DNA of 64,000 nt from Nitrospinota bacterium. Its GTDB lineage: Bacteria > Nitrospinota > Nitrospinia > Nitrospinales > VA-1. The notes below the pieces were generated by a model. The model was given only the letters and a program-made list of their open reading frames with translations, made no database searches and was not told the DNA's origin. The stretch is taken from contig JAQCGX010000012.1 in NCBI GenBank assembly GCA_027619975.1, forward strand, positions 6,845 through 70,844. The letters run 5' to 3'. Both the position numbers and the translations under genes were made by a program. Positions 1 to 10,000 of this stretch are shown in pieces; position 1 is the stretch's first letter; each line of letters opens with the position of its first letter.

Positions 1-735
1 TTTTGGCGAAACCCGCAAATGCTGGTCCTGATCGTAATCTTTTGCGTGCCAATAAGTCGCTGGATTATCCACAACAAAATTGCAGACATTCACCCCCAGG
101 CTGTTGGCGTAATCGTAAAGCGGGACCAGATCCATGACGTTGGACCGGTTGATGACGCAGGTCAGGTGTACCAAAGGGTAACGGCTATTCAATTCCGTGC
201 GCCTTTTTATGAACCGCTCCAGCCCTTCCGTAGTTTTTCGAAAAGAACCGGCAACCGTGGTGATTTGGTCGTGCAGGGCTTCATGCCCTTCCAGAGAAAC
301 TCCGAGATAGAAAAATCCCGAGCCCCACAAACTCTTCAGCCGCATGTCCAGCAGTTGTTCCACCGTCTGCTCGGTGAGCAGCGTCCCGTTGGTGATGGCG
401 TGCACCTTGTGCCCGGAGGAAGCGAAACGTAAAATATCCATGAAATCGGTTTTCATGAACGCCTCCCCGCCGGTGAAAGTGACCAGGGTTTGTCTGGGAA
501 GCGAGGCGACCGCCTGTTTCACTTCTTCGGCAGACATTTCGTTTTTATATTTTTTTTTGGATTCAGTATCTTCGATGATGCCGAGATAGTGGCACATGTC
601 ACAGCGCAGGTTGCACCGGTAGGTCACTTCAAAAAAAGCCTGGAAGGGCGGAAAAGACGATTCCGGCCGCAGATAAAACGGAATGAAAGAATAAATCCTG
701 GGGATTATTTTCTGAAGAAATTTAAAATCCAGCAT
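1..735 (-). CDS. Radical SAM domain protein (3' end runs off the window)
   Basis: Absent from the supplied ORF track because there is no stop in the window. My minus-strand translation from the ATG at 735 reads MLDFKFLQKIIPRIYSF...FFEVTYRCNLRCDMCHYLG...TFTGGEAFM. This carries the CxxxCxxC 4Fe-4S/SAM motif. The plus-strand ORFs at 19-750 are antisense shadows. Confidence 0.8.
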   Translation of the reverse strand, partial: MLDFKFLQKIIPRIYSFIPFYLRPESSFPPFQAFFEVTYRCNLRCDMCHYLGIIEDTESKKKYKNEMSAEEVKQAVASLPRQTLVTFTGGEAFMKTDFMDILRFASSGHKVHAITNGTLLTEQTVEQLLDMRLKSLWGSGFFYLGVSLEGHEALHDQITTVAGSFRKTTEGLERFIKRRTELNSRYPLVHLTCVINRSNVMDLVPLYDYANSLGVNVCNFVVDNPATYWHAKDYDQDQHLRVSPK

Positions 736-768
736 AGCCACTTTTTTTAAAACTTTAGAAATCCCTTT

Positions 769-1488
769 TTAAGACGTCTCCGGTTGGCAATCGCCGTCAT
801 TGGGGTTCACTCCGGTTAAAATCGCCTGGCTCTGCGCACCCATATTGAACAACAGGTCGATCACCGAAAGATGGGGAACAAAACCGGGATACCGTTGCTT
901 ATAAACCGGGTGCTGATAGTTCTGCGTCTCCAGAGTAATTCCGTTTTGGCGGAATTCCTCTTCCGAAAGATAATTCATCGCCGCATCCCCGGTCAAATAA
1001 TGCGTCGCATCCAACTTCCGGCAGATGGCCAGTATTTTTTCCCCCTTGACGGCTTCCATTTCCATTTCCGAAGCCCTCATAATAAGCGTCTTTATATTTA
1101 ACGCCGCCTGCAAGATCTGCAAAGTTTCAAAGCAGAGATCCAGCAGAAAATCCCATTGTTTATTATATACCGACTCCAGAGCGGGAAAATATAAATCGAA
1201 AAAAGGTGCCTGACCGTAATTGGCGCGGATGGCTTCTTTGTGTTTGCGTCGCCAGGGAACGGAATTATCGATCCGGGTTTCTTTCAGCGATTGTTTGAAC
1301 TGGCTCTTTTGCAGAACCGGAACGGTGAGCCAAGCCCACCCCTCCCGCGTGCGGATCTTATTACGGTTACGCCAATCCCGCCGGGTGAACTGCACATCGT
1401 CTAAAAAAACAAACGTGTCGGCGCGGATCATCTGATCGAAAAACCCCAGCCACGGCAAATAGGACGGTTGCAGAATACTCAAACGCAT
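769..1488 (-). CDS. WbqC-family protein (sugar or O-antigen cluster associated; function unknown)
   Basis: 239-aa ORF. The N-terminus MRLSILQPSYLPWLGFFDQMIRADTFVFLDDVQFTRRDWRNRNKI matches the WbqC-like family signature as I remember it. Confidence 0.75.
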   Translation of the reverse strand: MRLSILQPSYLPWLGFFDQMIRADTFVFLDDVQFTRRDWRNRNKIRTREGWAWLTVPVLQKSQFKQSLKETRIDNSVPWRRKHKEAIRANYGQAPFFDLYFPALESVYNKQWDFLLDLCFETLQILQAALNIKTLIMRASEMEMEAVKGEKILAICRKLDATHYLTGDAAMNYLSEEEFRQNGITLETQNYQHPVYKQRYPGFVPHLSVIDLLFNMGAQSQAILTGVNPNDGDCQPETS

Positions 1489-1517
1489 CGAGGATCAATA
1501 ACCAAAAATGCGTTCGA

Positions 1518-2528
1518 TCATTTTGCGCCCCAGAGTTCCTTCATCCACAGAAACTTGCTCCACCATTTACGGTTGCCGGTATAAAAATCAACCGTGCGCT
1601 TGAGCCCTTCACCCAAAGATATTTTCGTCTCCCAGTCGAGCAGGCGTTTGGCTTTATCCGTACTGGAAATATGTCTGGAAACCTGTCCGGGGCGGTCGGT
1701 GACGTATTCAATCTGACTCTCCGGAACATCCAGAATATTCAGAATTTTTCTGGCGATCTCGTTGATGGACGTATCGATGCCGGTGCCCAGATTGATGGTT
1801 TCTCCAATTACCTTTTCCCTGTCCGCATGCAGGATGCGGGTCAAGGCCTCACAGGTATCTTCCACAAAGATCCAGTCACGGGTGCTTTCTCCCGATCCGT
1901 GCAGGGTCAACGGCTGTCCTTCGAGAGCGCTGACAATAAAGTTGGGGATCGCCTTTTCCAGATGCTGGCACGGGCCGTAGTTGTTGAACGGGCGCACGAT
2001 GACCGCCGGAATATTATAAGTTTGCATATAAGAATAGACCAGCCGGTCGGCTCCCGCCTTGGCCGCCGCGTAAGGGCTCATCGGGTTGAGCGGATGCTCC
2101 TCATCCATCGGGCTGGCAACCGAAGTCCCGTAAACTTCCGAAGATGAAATGTGAACGAACAACTCCACAGGATGATTGACGATGGCATTTGCTAATACTT
2201 GTGTGCCGATGACATCGGTCTCAAAAAACAGGGAATTGTCGTAGATCGATCGGGTCACATGCGATTCCGCCGCGAAATGCACGACCATATCGCTTTTGGC
2301 GACCAGGGAATTGACGATATCCGGGTGGGTGACGTTGCCGTGATAAAACTGAAAATGGCCGTTTCCTTTGATGCCTTCGGCAATGCTGTCCAGATTACCG
2401 GCGTAGGTCAAGGCATCCAGCAGAAGGATTTTATAACCGGGATAATGCTTGTGCAGGTAGTTGATGAAGTTACTGCCGATAAACCCTGCGCCGCCGGTTA
2501 CCAGGATAGTTTTTTCTCGGTCACTCAT
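1518..2528 (-). CDS. rfbB: dTDP-glucose 4,6-dehydratase (extended SDR)
   Basis: 336 aa. Contains the Rossmann motif TGGAGFIGSNF, AAESHVTRSI, the catalytic YxxxK in SPYAAAKAGAD, and RPFNNYGPCQHLEKAIP. This is the typical RfbB motif set. Confidence 0.85.
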   Translation of the reverse strand: MSDREKTILVTGGAGFIGSNFINYLHKHYPGYKILLLDALTYAGNLDSIAEGIKGNGHFQFYHGNVTHPDIVNSLVAKSDMVVHFAAESHVTRSIYDNSLFFETDVIGTQVLANAIVNHPVELFVHISSSEVYGTSVASPMDEEHPLNPMSPYAAAKAGADRLVYSYMQTYNIPAVIVRPFNNYGPCQHLEKAIPNFIVSALEGQPLTLHGSGESTRDWIFVEDTCEALTRILHADREKVIGETINLGTGIDTSINEIARKILNILDVPESQIEYVTDRPGQVSRHISSTDKAKRLLDWETKISLGEGLKRTVDFYTGNRKWWSKFLWMKELWGAK

Positions 2529-2774
2529 GATCGCTCGCGGGTAAGAGGAAAATCGACATAATCTACCATAACTCCTTAACGGAATTAGTGGAGTGGGCCA
2601 TTAGCCCAGCGTGACGCTGGACCCAATATTAACGTGCTATGGATTTGGAGTTTTGACAAAAGTTTCTTTTTGAGATGCATATTAGTTTATCTATGCCATC
2701 GGTGGTTTTAATCACCCCTCCCAACCTCTTTTTAGCATTTATTCCCTTCCTTGCAAGGGAGGGGTTAGGGGAGG

Positions 2775-3440
2775 TCATATCATCCTGACCAGTTCCTTAA
2801 CGCTTTTTTCGATGCCCTCGGCCACCTCCGAAATGCTCTGCCCCAGCATATAAGCGGGAGTCGATACGATTTTGTTTTCCTTATCCACCACAATATCCTG
2901 AACCGCGCAATCCTGATGATGACTGCCCATTTTCTCGATTTTTTCTGAGATGTCACGGTCGTTGCCGATGGTGAGGGTGGGATGCTGGGATTCTCCCTCG
3001 TAAATTTTCGCGAACAGGGCCGGAGCGATGCAGGCCACCCCTTGCGGCTTTTGCTTTTGGGCAAATTCTTTAACGAGGCGCATCACTTCCGGGTGCACAT
3101 CGCAGTTTTCCCCTTTCACAGCGAAATTGCACAGGTTTTTAGCGGCGCCAAAGCCGCCGGGGAAAAACAACGCATCGATATCGTCCGCTTTCACCGTGGC
3201 GATGTCCACAATGTTGCCGCGGACAATGCGGGCCGCCTCCACCAGCACGTTTCGCGTTTCACCTTGCATTTCTTCACCGGTCAGGTGGTTGATCACATGC
3301 ATCTGATCCACATCGGGAGCCATGCAGACAGCCTCCGCCCCCGCCCGGTCAATCGCCAGAAGGGTGATGACCGCCTCATGAATTTCAGCGCCATCGTAAA
3401 CACCGCACCCAGACAACACCACGCCTATTTTCTTTTTCAT
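2775..3440 (-). CDS. elbB: DJ-1/PfpI-family glyoxalase ElbB
   Basis: 221 aa. MKKKIGVVLSGCGVYDGAEIHEAVITLLAIDRAGAE...FFPGGFGAAKNL is the typical ElbB N-terminus and nucleophile-elbow region. A purine-rich SD-like tract precedes the ATG. Confidence 0.85.
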   Translation of the reverse strand: MKKKIGVVLSGCGVYDGAEIHEAVITLLAIDRAGAEAVCMAPDVDQMHVINHLTGEEMQGETRNVLVEAARIVRGNIVDIATVKADDIDALFFPGGFGAAKNLCNFAVKGENCDVHPEVMRLVKEFAQKQKPQGVACIAPALFAKIYEGESQHPTLTIGNDRDISEKIEKMGSHHQDCAVQDIVVDKENKIVSTPAYMLGQSISEVAEGIEKSVKELVRMI

Positions 3441-3522
3441 AACATGCCCCCTGCCAATGAATTAACTTGTGGATTTTGTGGATGATTTTATCACAAAACT
3501 CCCGTGTCGGCGGGCTCTTCTC

Positions 3523-5286
3523 TCAGCCTTTAAAATGATTGGTGATCGGCAGTCGCCGGTCCTTGCCAAAAGCCTTGGGCGTGATCTTGATGCCAGGAGG
3601 CCCCTGCCGGCGTTTGTATTCATTCATGTCCACCATCCTCACGATCCGTTGCACCTCCTGGGATGAAAGCCCAAGCCCGAGCAATTCTTTCATGGACCGA
3701 TCCTCTTCAATATAACGCGCCAATACCTTGTCCAGCAGAGGGTAAGGCGGCAGAGAGTCCGTGTCCTTCTGGTCGGGGCGCAATTCGGCTGTGGGTTCGC
3801 GGATGAGAATATTTTCCGGAATCACTAATTTTTGATCGCGCCTGTTGACCCACCGCCCCAGTTCATAAACCCAGGTTTTAGGCACGTCTTTTAAAATCGC
3901 AAAGCCCCCGGCCATATCTCCGTACAGGGTGCAATAGCCGACGCTGATTTCACTTTTATTGCCCGTGGTCAGCACCAGCCAGCCAAACTTGTTCGACAGG
4001 GCCATCAACAAATTTCCGCGAATCCGGGCCTGAATATTCTCCTCGGTGCTATCCGCCGATGCGCCCTGAAACACATCCGCCAAAATACGCTCATAAGCCT
4101 CCATCGCGGCTTCAATGGGTAACGTTAGCGTCTCGATATTCAGGTTCGCCGCCAGTTCCAGGGAATCGTTCACGCTCTCTTTGGATGTGTAGGGTGAGGA
4201 CATCAAAACCCCCACGACATTTTCCGCCCCCAGCGCGTCTTTGGCAATCACCGCAGTCATGGCGGAATCCACCCCGCCGCTCAAACCGATGACCACTTTT
4301 TTGAATCCGTTCTTCGTTATGTAATCGCGGGTTCCGAGAACCAGGGCCTCGTACACTTCCTCTATTTCCTCCCGCCGCCTGAACTCCCGCGCAGGCAACG
4401 TTTTTTTGCAATGGCCCGGCTTATCCTTGAGAGCCGCCCGGTAAGTTTTTATGCCCGCAGGTTTCGCCTTGTTGCCCTTTTTCGTGCGACTTTTGGGTTG
4501 CACTTCCAAGTCAACGACCATCATCTCTTCCACGAATGAATTTCCGTGAGCGATCAATTTTCCCGATGGGCCGATCACCAGGCTTTGGCCGTCGAAAACC
4601 AGCTCATCCTGCCCCCCCACCAGATTCGCATAAACGACGAACGACTTATATTGTCGAGCGCGGGAGCGGATCATTTCCTCCCGGTACTGGCCTTTGCCCT
4701 TGTGGTAGGGGGACGATGAAATATTGAGCAGAACATCGACATTGCCTTCTCCGCACAGCCTTTTTCCCGGCCCGTCGGCGAACCAGATGTCCTCGCACAC
4801 CGTCACCCCCAGCGTCACGCCTTTTTGCGTGAAGCGCACCAACCCCTCGCCTTCGTGAAAATAACGTTTCTCGTCAAAGACGCCATAATTAGGAAGACGG
4901 GTCTTGCGATAACTGCCCAGCAGTTTGCCGTCGGAAATCAGGGCGGCGGCATTATAGAGTTTGCCGCCGACAGGTTCGACGTAGCCAATGACGGCGGTGA
5001 TGCCCTTAGTGTGAGGAATGAGCTTTTGCAGGGTGGCGAGGTTTTTCTGGACAAACCCTTCCTTGTGCAGAAGGTCTTCCGGCGGATACCCGGTCAGAAT
5101 CAACTCGGGAAACAGGACGACATCAGCATCCATTTTGCGGGCCTGCTTGATCCCGGCCTTTACCTTGTCGGCGTTGGTCTTGAAATCCCCGACAATGGCA
5201 TTGATTTGCGCGGTCGCCACCCTGAGGAGGATCGGCGAAGTTGAAGAGACGGATTTTTTTTGTTTGCTTGGTTTTTTTGCTTGCAA
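3523..5286 (-). CDS. nadE: Glutamine-dependent NAD+ synthetase (N-terminal nitrilase/CN-hydrolase domain plus C-terminal NAD synthetase domain)
   Basis: 587 aa. The CN-hydrolase part contains VVLFPELILTGYPPEDL and VTVCEDIW. The synthetase part contains the SGGVDS PP-loop. The start is TTG at 5286 and is uncertain. Confidence 0.9.
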   Translation of the reverse strand: MQAKKPSKQKKSVSSTSPILLRVATAQINAIVGDFKTNADKVKAGIKQARKMDADVVLFPELILTGYPPEDLLHKEGFVQKNLATLQKLIPHTKGITAVIGYVEPVGGKLYNAAALISDGKLLGSYRKTRLPNYGVFDEKRYFHEGEGLVRFTQKGVTLGVTVCEDIWFADGPGKRLCGEGNVDVLLNISSSPYHKGKGQYREEMIRSRARQYKSFVVYANLVGGQDELVFDGQSLVIGPSGKLIAHGNSFVEEMMVVDLEVQPKSRTKKGNKAKPAGIKTYRAALKDKPGHCKKTLPAREFRRREEIEEVYEALVLGTRDYITKNGFKKVVIGLSGGVDSAMTAVIAKDALGAENVVGVLMSSPYTSKESVNDSLELAANLNIETLTLPIEAAMEAYERILADVFQGASADSTEENIQARIRGNLLMALSNKFGWLVLTTGNKSEISVGYCTLYGDMAGGFAILKDVPKTWVYELGRWVNRRDQKLVIPENILIREPTAELRPDQKDTDSLPPYPLLDKVLARYIEEDRSMKELLGLGLSSQEVQRIVRMVDMNEYKRRQGPPGIKITPKAFGKDRRLPITNHFKG

Positions 5287-5472
5287 TGTTCGGGACCCAA
5301 AATACGAAGTTCGATGCTCTGAAACCCTTAAGATTCAAATATAGAGCCCCATTTCATGGTTTTATTTGGGACGACTGCCGAGATTATACTACAATGGGGT
5401 AAACATCCATTCTCTTGAATTCACCTGCCGATTTATTGGCCGGATTAATTTTTCAGACTCATTAAAAATATT

Positions 5473-5904
5473 ATGGAAAACACCGTAGAAGCCAGCATCA
5501 AACATTCGATCACCAAAAACGGCTTTCCGGAGAAAATCGTTCGACTGCCGTTCAAGCCGGTCTATCAGAGTTGCAAGACCCATGAAGCTTCCCTGACCAC
5601 GGTTCTTAAGAATTTGGAACAGGAAAAAATTTTCGGGAAAATTGCAGGCGACCACATCGAATTCCGCTCTCCCGAAACCTTGCACATCCAGACTGAAAAA
5701 CCAGTGGAAGACAACCCGATGGATCTTTCCGGCCTGTCGGGGGGCGCCCAGGGCGATCTCATGACCGCCGCCAGAAATTATATGGAAAATATGACGCCGG
5801 AACAAAAAGAAGAACTCCAGAAAAAAGTCGATGCCATGAGCGACGAAGAAAAAATGAACATCATGAAATTGATGTCCGAGCAGATCAACCCCCAATCTCC
5901 CTGA
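5473..5904 (+). CDS. Hypothetical protein
   Basis: 143-aa ORF with natural-looking composition and an acidic, Lys-rich C-terminus. The overlapping minus-strand ORF 5389-5895 is F/H-rich, which is typical of an antisense shadow. I recognised no family. Confidence 0.55.
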   Translation: MENTVEASIKHSITKNGFPEKIVRLPFKPVYQSCKTHEASLTTVLKNLEQEKIFGKIAGDHIEFRSPETLHIQTEKPVEDNPMDLSGLSGGAQGDLMTAARNYMENMTPEQKEELQKKVDAMSDEEKMNIMKLMSEQINPQSP

Positions 5905-5926
5905 ACCTGAAATTTAAAACCCACTC

Positions 5927-6838
5927 ATGCTGATTTTCGCCAAAGACATTTCCAATAGAGATCATAAACATTCCAGGGAGCCGCAGGACCCTGAACTCAA
6001 GGCTTATATGGAGTACCAGCGCAAGCTGTTTCCCTACACCATCGTCCGCGCCGGGATCGATCTGGCTTACAAGGAGCTGGACGACATTCTGGCCTACATC
6101 GATAACGACTGCCAACCGCCGCCGGATTCTTCGCGCAAGGAATACCCCGCCGATACTCAACTGTGGTATCGCGCCCGGTTTCCCTGGGCGTCATCATTTT
6201 TAAAAATGGAAGACATGCATTTCGCCCTGGTCACGATGGTCAAGGCCATGGATTCGTTCCGCACTGAGGAAATCCCCAACGCCTACCATATGGCGATTCT
6301 TTATGATGCGGTGCATAACATCGTGACCGTCTACAACTCCCTATTGCAGGAAAACCCCAGTCAGGCGCGGGACATTCATCTGAGCAGTGACGTTCCAGTC
6401 AGCTTCGATGATTTTGTCAACAACTACTGGCCGCATCTGGATTTCATGATCCTGTCGCAACCGGACTTCCCGCACGCCGCTCACATGCAGCGCAACCGGG
6501 AAATTGAAGAGGAAATCAAAGACCTGATGGCCGACGGCATTGAGCCGCTGAAAGCGTTGGAACAAACAGCCGGGAAGTTTGATTTGCAATACACCACTCT
6601 GGCGTTGCTGAGTCGGGACACGGTAAAAACAGAATATCTGGACTTAAAGTCGGAGTTGCAACGCCAGGAGACTTACGCGGGGTTGTATAAAGATTCGGAC
6701 GGAAAAGTTACAGTGATCGATGCGTCCTATCAGGGAAATTGTGAGCTGGCGAAAAAGACCAGCGGACCACTGGCATCAACCAGCATGACGCCGGACTCAA
6801 CACTGACTTCCGGGCGTCCTTTATCGGACCCGGAGTGA
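5927..6838 (+). CDS. Hypothetical protein
   Basis: 303-aa ORF lying 23 nt after the previous gene, probably in the same operon. No recognisable motifs. The start is uncertain because there is no obvious SD. Confidence 0.55.
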   Translation: MLIFAKDISNRDHKHSREPQDPELKAYMEYQRKLFPYTIVRAGIDLAYKELDDILAYIDNDCQPPPDSSRKEYPADTQLWYRARFPWASSFLKMEDMHFALVTMVKAMDSFRTEEIPNAYHMAILYDAVHNIVTVYNSLLQENPSQARDIHLSSDVPVSFDDFVNNYWPHLDFMILSQPDFPHAAHMQRNREIEEEIKDLMADGIEPLKALEQTAGKFDLQYTTLALLSRDTVKTEYLDLKSELQRQETYAGLYKDSDGKVTVIDASYQGNCELAKKTSGPLASTSMTPDSTLTSGRPLSDPE

Positions 6839-6877
6839 CAAAGCAAATACAGGCCTGTTGACGAAAAAAAGATTTAT

Positions 6878-7003
6878 GGTTATCTCTAAAAATTAGTTAT
6901 TTATCGGTGGCACGGGCTTTCCAGCCCGTGTGGACAGGCTGGAAAGGCGGAATTAAATTCCGCACTTCCGTATAACCTTTAAGGGCAGGTCGCCTGTCCT
7001 ACT
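6878..7003. repeat. Rearranged, inverted copy of the MITE-like element at 18879-19053
   Basis: ggttatctctaaaaatt at 6878-6894 matches the TIR gggcatctctaaaaatt at 15 of 17 positions. gtggcacgggctttccagcccgtgTggacaggctggaaag at 6907-6946 is the reverse complement of 18953-18992 with one mismatch. cctgtcctact at 6993-7003 follows a copy-specific insertion that contains the hairpin gcggaat-taa-attccgc (6947-6963). No second TIR is present. Confidence 0.7.
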
Positions 7004-7030
7004 AAAAAAAAGCCGCCTCCTTAGATACCC

Positions 7031-10000
7031 TTATTTGAAAAAATTCCCGAACTGAGAACCCAACCAGCTGCTGGTTTGTTTTTGGCCTCGTTTCTGCTTT
7101 TGCCTTGGCTTTTGAACTATTGGGAGCGCCGCCGTATCGCCGACAGATTTCACCCGCGCATTTTTAAGCCGGGGTCGGGCCTTCCTCTTCCCAGCCTTTC
7201 TTTTTTTACTTCTCTCTTGCTTTAACTTGGCCTCTTCTCGCAACGATTCCCTGGAGGGTCGTTTGACCTGTTCGGTATTGGATGTTCCCAGCGGACCCCA
7301 GAAACTGGCAAACCCTCGCAAACCGGCATGCGCTCGACGCGACCCCTTGGCGACCTTGATGAGTGCAAAATTTTCATCGAACACATTGGTCACAAACGGT
7401 CCCGATTCGGGGCCGGACAACATTTGCGCCACCGTATTGCCCTTAGTGGGTGAGGGTTGATTGCCAAAGAAATAATTGTCCTTCAGAGTATTGGTGATGT
7501 TCACCGTTCTCTCGGTGGAAACCTCCGAGAGGGTTTTCCCAAATTCCGGCAGAAACAAACTTCCCGAATCCCGGTTAGTGAACGTCTTGGTCCCGTTGGC
7601 CGCAATGGCGTTGGTTTCCCCCGTCAAGGCTCCAAGAAAGGAAACGTTGATGTCTCCCGTTCCCGAATGGTTGATATTGACAATGTTCAGGCTGTCGGTT
7701 TCAAAGATATTGATTTCACCCAATCCGGTGTTGTTGATATCCACCGATGCGACTTTGGTTTCGATAGCGTTTGCGGTCGCTCCAAAGCCGGTGACGCTGT
7801 TAACCACGAGTCCGCCACTCGCCGCATCGATGTCCAGGTCTCCTGTCAAATCACCATCGAAAATTCCTCCTCCCGCACTGAGCGTGACCGCCGATGCCGA
7901 TGCGCTTGATGTGAAGAGGCCGCCGGTGAGCGTGATGTCATTGCCTGCCGTCATGGTAATCGGTCCGCCAACGGTTTGATTTCCACTGACGATCAGCCCG
8001 TTGCCCCCGGCCACATTGACCGTCAACGTGCCGCCAATTGTGGAGCTTGCCAGAGTTAGCGCGTCATTGGTCACCACCGTTGCGTTGGCACCGGCATTCA
8101 AACTCACCGGCCCTCCGAAGGTGGATGCATTTGCAAACGTCACGTTAGACGTGGATTTCGTTGCGTTGAGCATCGTGGTGCCGGTGATTTTGGCGCTGTT
8201 CAACGCCGTGATGCCATCTACTGTTATATCGCCATTGGTCGCGTCGCCGACCACCAGATTGCCGGCTGTGATTTTCTGCAATTCTCCTCCATCAACAGTC
8301 AACCCTCCGGCGGTGGCTCCCAGCCCAATGGTGCCGTCGTTGGAGGCAAGCAAGGTCGTCGTACCTGTGCCGCTGTCGAGTGACCCGGTAAGAATCATGT
8401 CCTTACCTTTTATTGATAGAGCGTTGTTGCCCGTTGAAAGATTTCCAGAAACGGTCACATCGTCATCCGCATTAACCGTTAATGCATTAAACGTAGAATT
8501 GTTATTGAAGGTGGCTTTGGAACCGGTCTTGGTCGCGTTCAACGTCGTCGTTCCAGTGATGTTGGTGGCGGTAACTCCGTCCACGGTGATACTGCCGTTG
8601 GTGTTGTCACCGACAGTTAGGTTCCCCGCCGTGATCCTGCCAAGCTCACCGTCGTCGATGGAGAACGCACCTGCCCCGGCCCCCAACCCAATCGTACCGC
8701 CGTTGGAGGCAAGCAAGGTCGTCGTGCCTGTGCCGCTGTCGAGTGACCCGGTAAGAACGATATCGCCGCCGGTGATGGACAACGAATTGTTACCCGTCGA
8801 AACGGTCTTGCCAGTAGCGACTGTGAAATCTCCTGTTCCATCGTCATTGGAATCCGCATCAAAGGTTGCCGCTCCGGCGGAGGTAAAATTATTGTTCAAG
8901 CTGATGCCGGTCTCGGAACTCACCGCCACCGCGCCCTGGGCGGTGATGTCGCCCAAGGTCGTTGCCAGACTCAGTATGCCGCCGGAAGAAATATTGACGC
9001 CATTGGCCAGCGTGATTCCCGTTCCCGCAGTCAAACTCGCACTACCTGTGGAGTTCAGACTGCTGTTTAAAGTTAGACCGCCAGCAGTTGCGGTCAGAGT
9101 CGTTGCTCCTGTCCCGGTGATGCCGCCTGTTCCTCCATTCAACACCATGTTGCCCGTGTCCGCCGTCACCGTCGCATTGGCGGCAATGCCGTTTCCGGCG
9201 TTCACCGTCAGCGCATTAAACGTCGAGGCGTTGTTCGCAAAGGTCACTTTGGACGAAGATTTCGTCGCGTTCAGGGTTGTTGTCCCGGCGATGTTGTTGC
9301 TGTTGGCCGGCGTGACGTTGTCCACGGTGATATCACCATTGGTCGCATCGCCGACTACCAGATTACCTGCTGTGATCCTGCCAAGTTCAGCATCGCTGAT
9401 AGAAAACGTACCTGTCCCGGCTCCCAACCCAATCGTGGTTCCGGCTTTTGAAGCCAGCAGTGTGGTCGTGCCCGTGCCGCTGTTTAGCGACCCGGTAAGG
9501 ACGATATCGCCGCCGGTGATGGATAAAGAATTATTGCCCGTCGCTACCTTCTTGCCGGTCGCCACCGTGAAACTGCCCGTGCCGTCGTCATTGGAATCCG
9601 CATCGAACGTCGCCGCTCCGGCGGAGGTGAAATCGCTGTTTACCGTGATGCCGCTGGCGGAACTGACCGTCACCATACCCAGAGCATTGATAATACCCGA
9701 GGTCGTCGCCAGACTCAGCGTTCCACCGGACGAAACACTGATGCCATTAGCCAGAGTGATTCCCGTTCCCGCACTCAAGCTCGCATTGCCCGATGCGCTT
9801 AAATCAGCGTTTAGAGTGATCCCACTTGCCGCGTTCACATTCAGAGTTTTAAATGACGAACCGCTGTTGGCGAACGTCACCGAAGATCCTGCCTTCGTTC
9901 CATTCAACGTCACCGCTTCGGCAATGTTATTGCTGTTGGCCGCTGTGATGCCGTCCACGGTGATATTGCCGTTCGTACCGTCACCGATGACCAGATTCTT

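Noticed and set aside
19-750. Three overlapping plus-strand ORFs (137, 81 and 86 aa) at the left edge
   Set aside because: The minus strand over the same span translates into a radical SAM protein with a clean CxxxCxxC motif and an ATG at 735. The plus-strand ORFs have no motifs and overlap each other.
2700-2775. An imperfect nested hairpin (cacccctcccaacc...cccttccttgcaagggaggg...ggttaggggaggt) as the elbB terminator
   Set aside because: The stems contain mismatches and there is no U-tract on the minus strand. I left it unannotated.
5389-5895. A 168-aa minus-strand ORF overlapping the 143-aa plus-strand ORF
   Set aside because: Its composition (runs of F, H and FFF) looks like the antisense of a Glu/Lys-rich gene. 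The plus-strand ORF has a plausible start and natural composition. Neither has a family match, so this choice is only moderately confident.
6900-7003. A possible CRISPR array or REP array, suggested by the repeated GC hairpins at 6.9 kb and 18.8-19.0 kb
   Set aside because: There are only two or three copies, in opposite orientations. There are no regularly spaced direct repeats, spacers or cas genes. They are better explained as a MITE-like family.
7031-7300. TpsA as a contact-dependent inhibition (CdiA-type) toxin
   Set aside because: I found no VENN or other pretoxin motif. The C-terminus is low-complexity and basic rather than a compact domain, and no small immunity ORF follows the gene.
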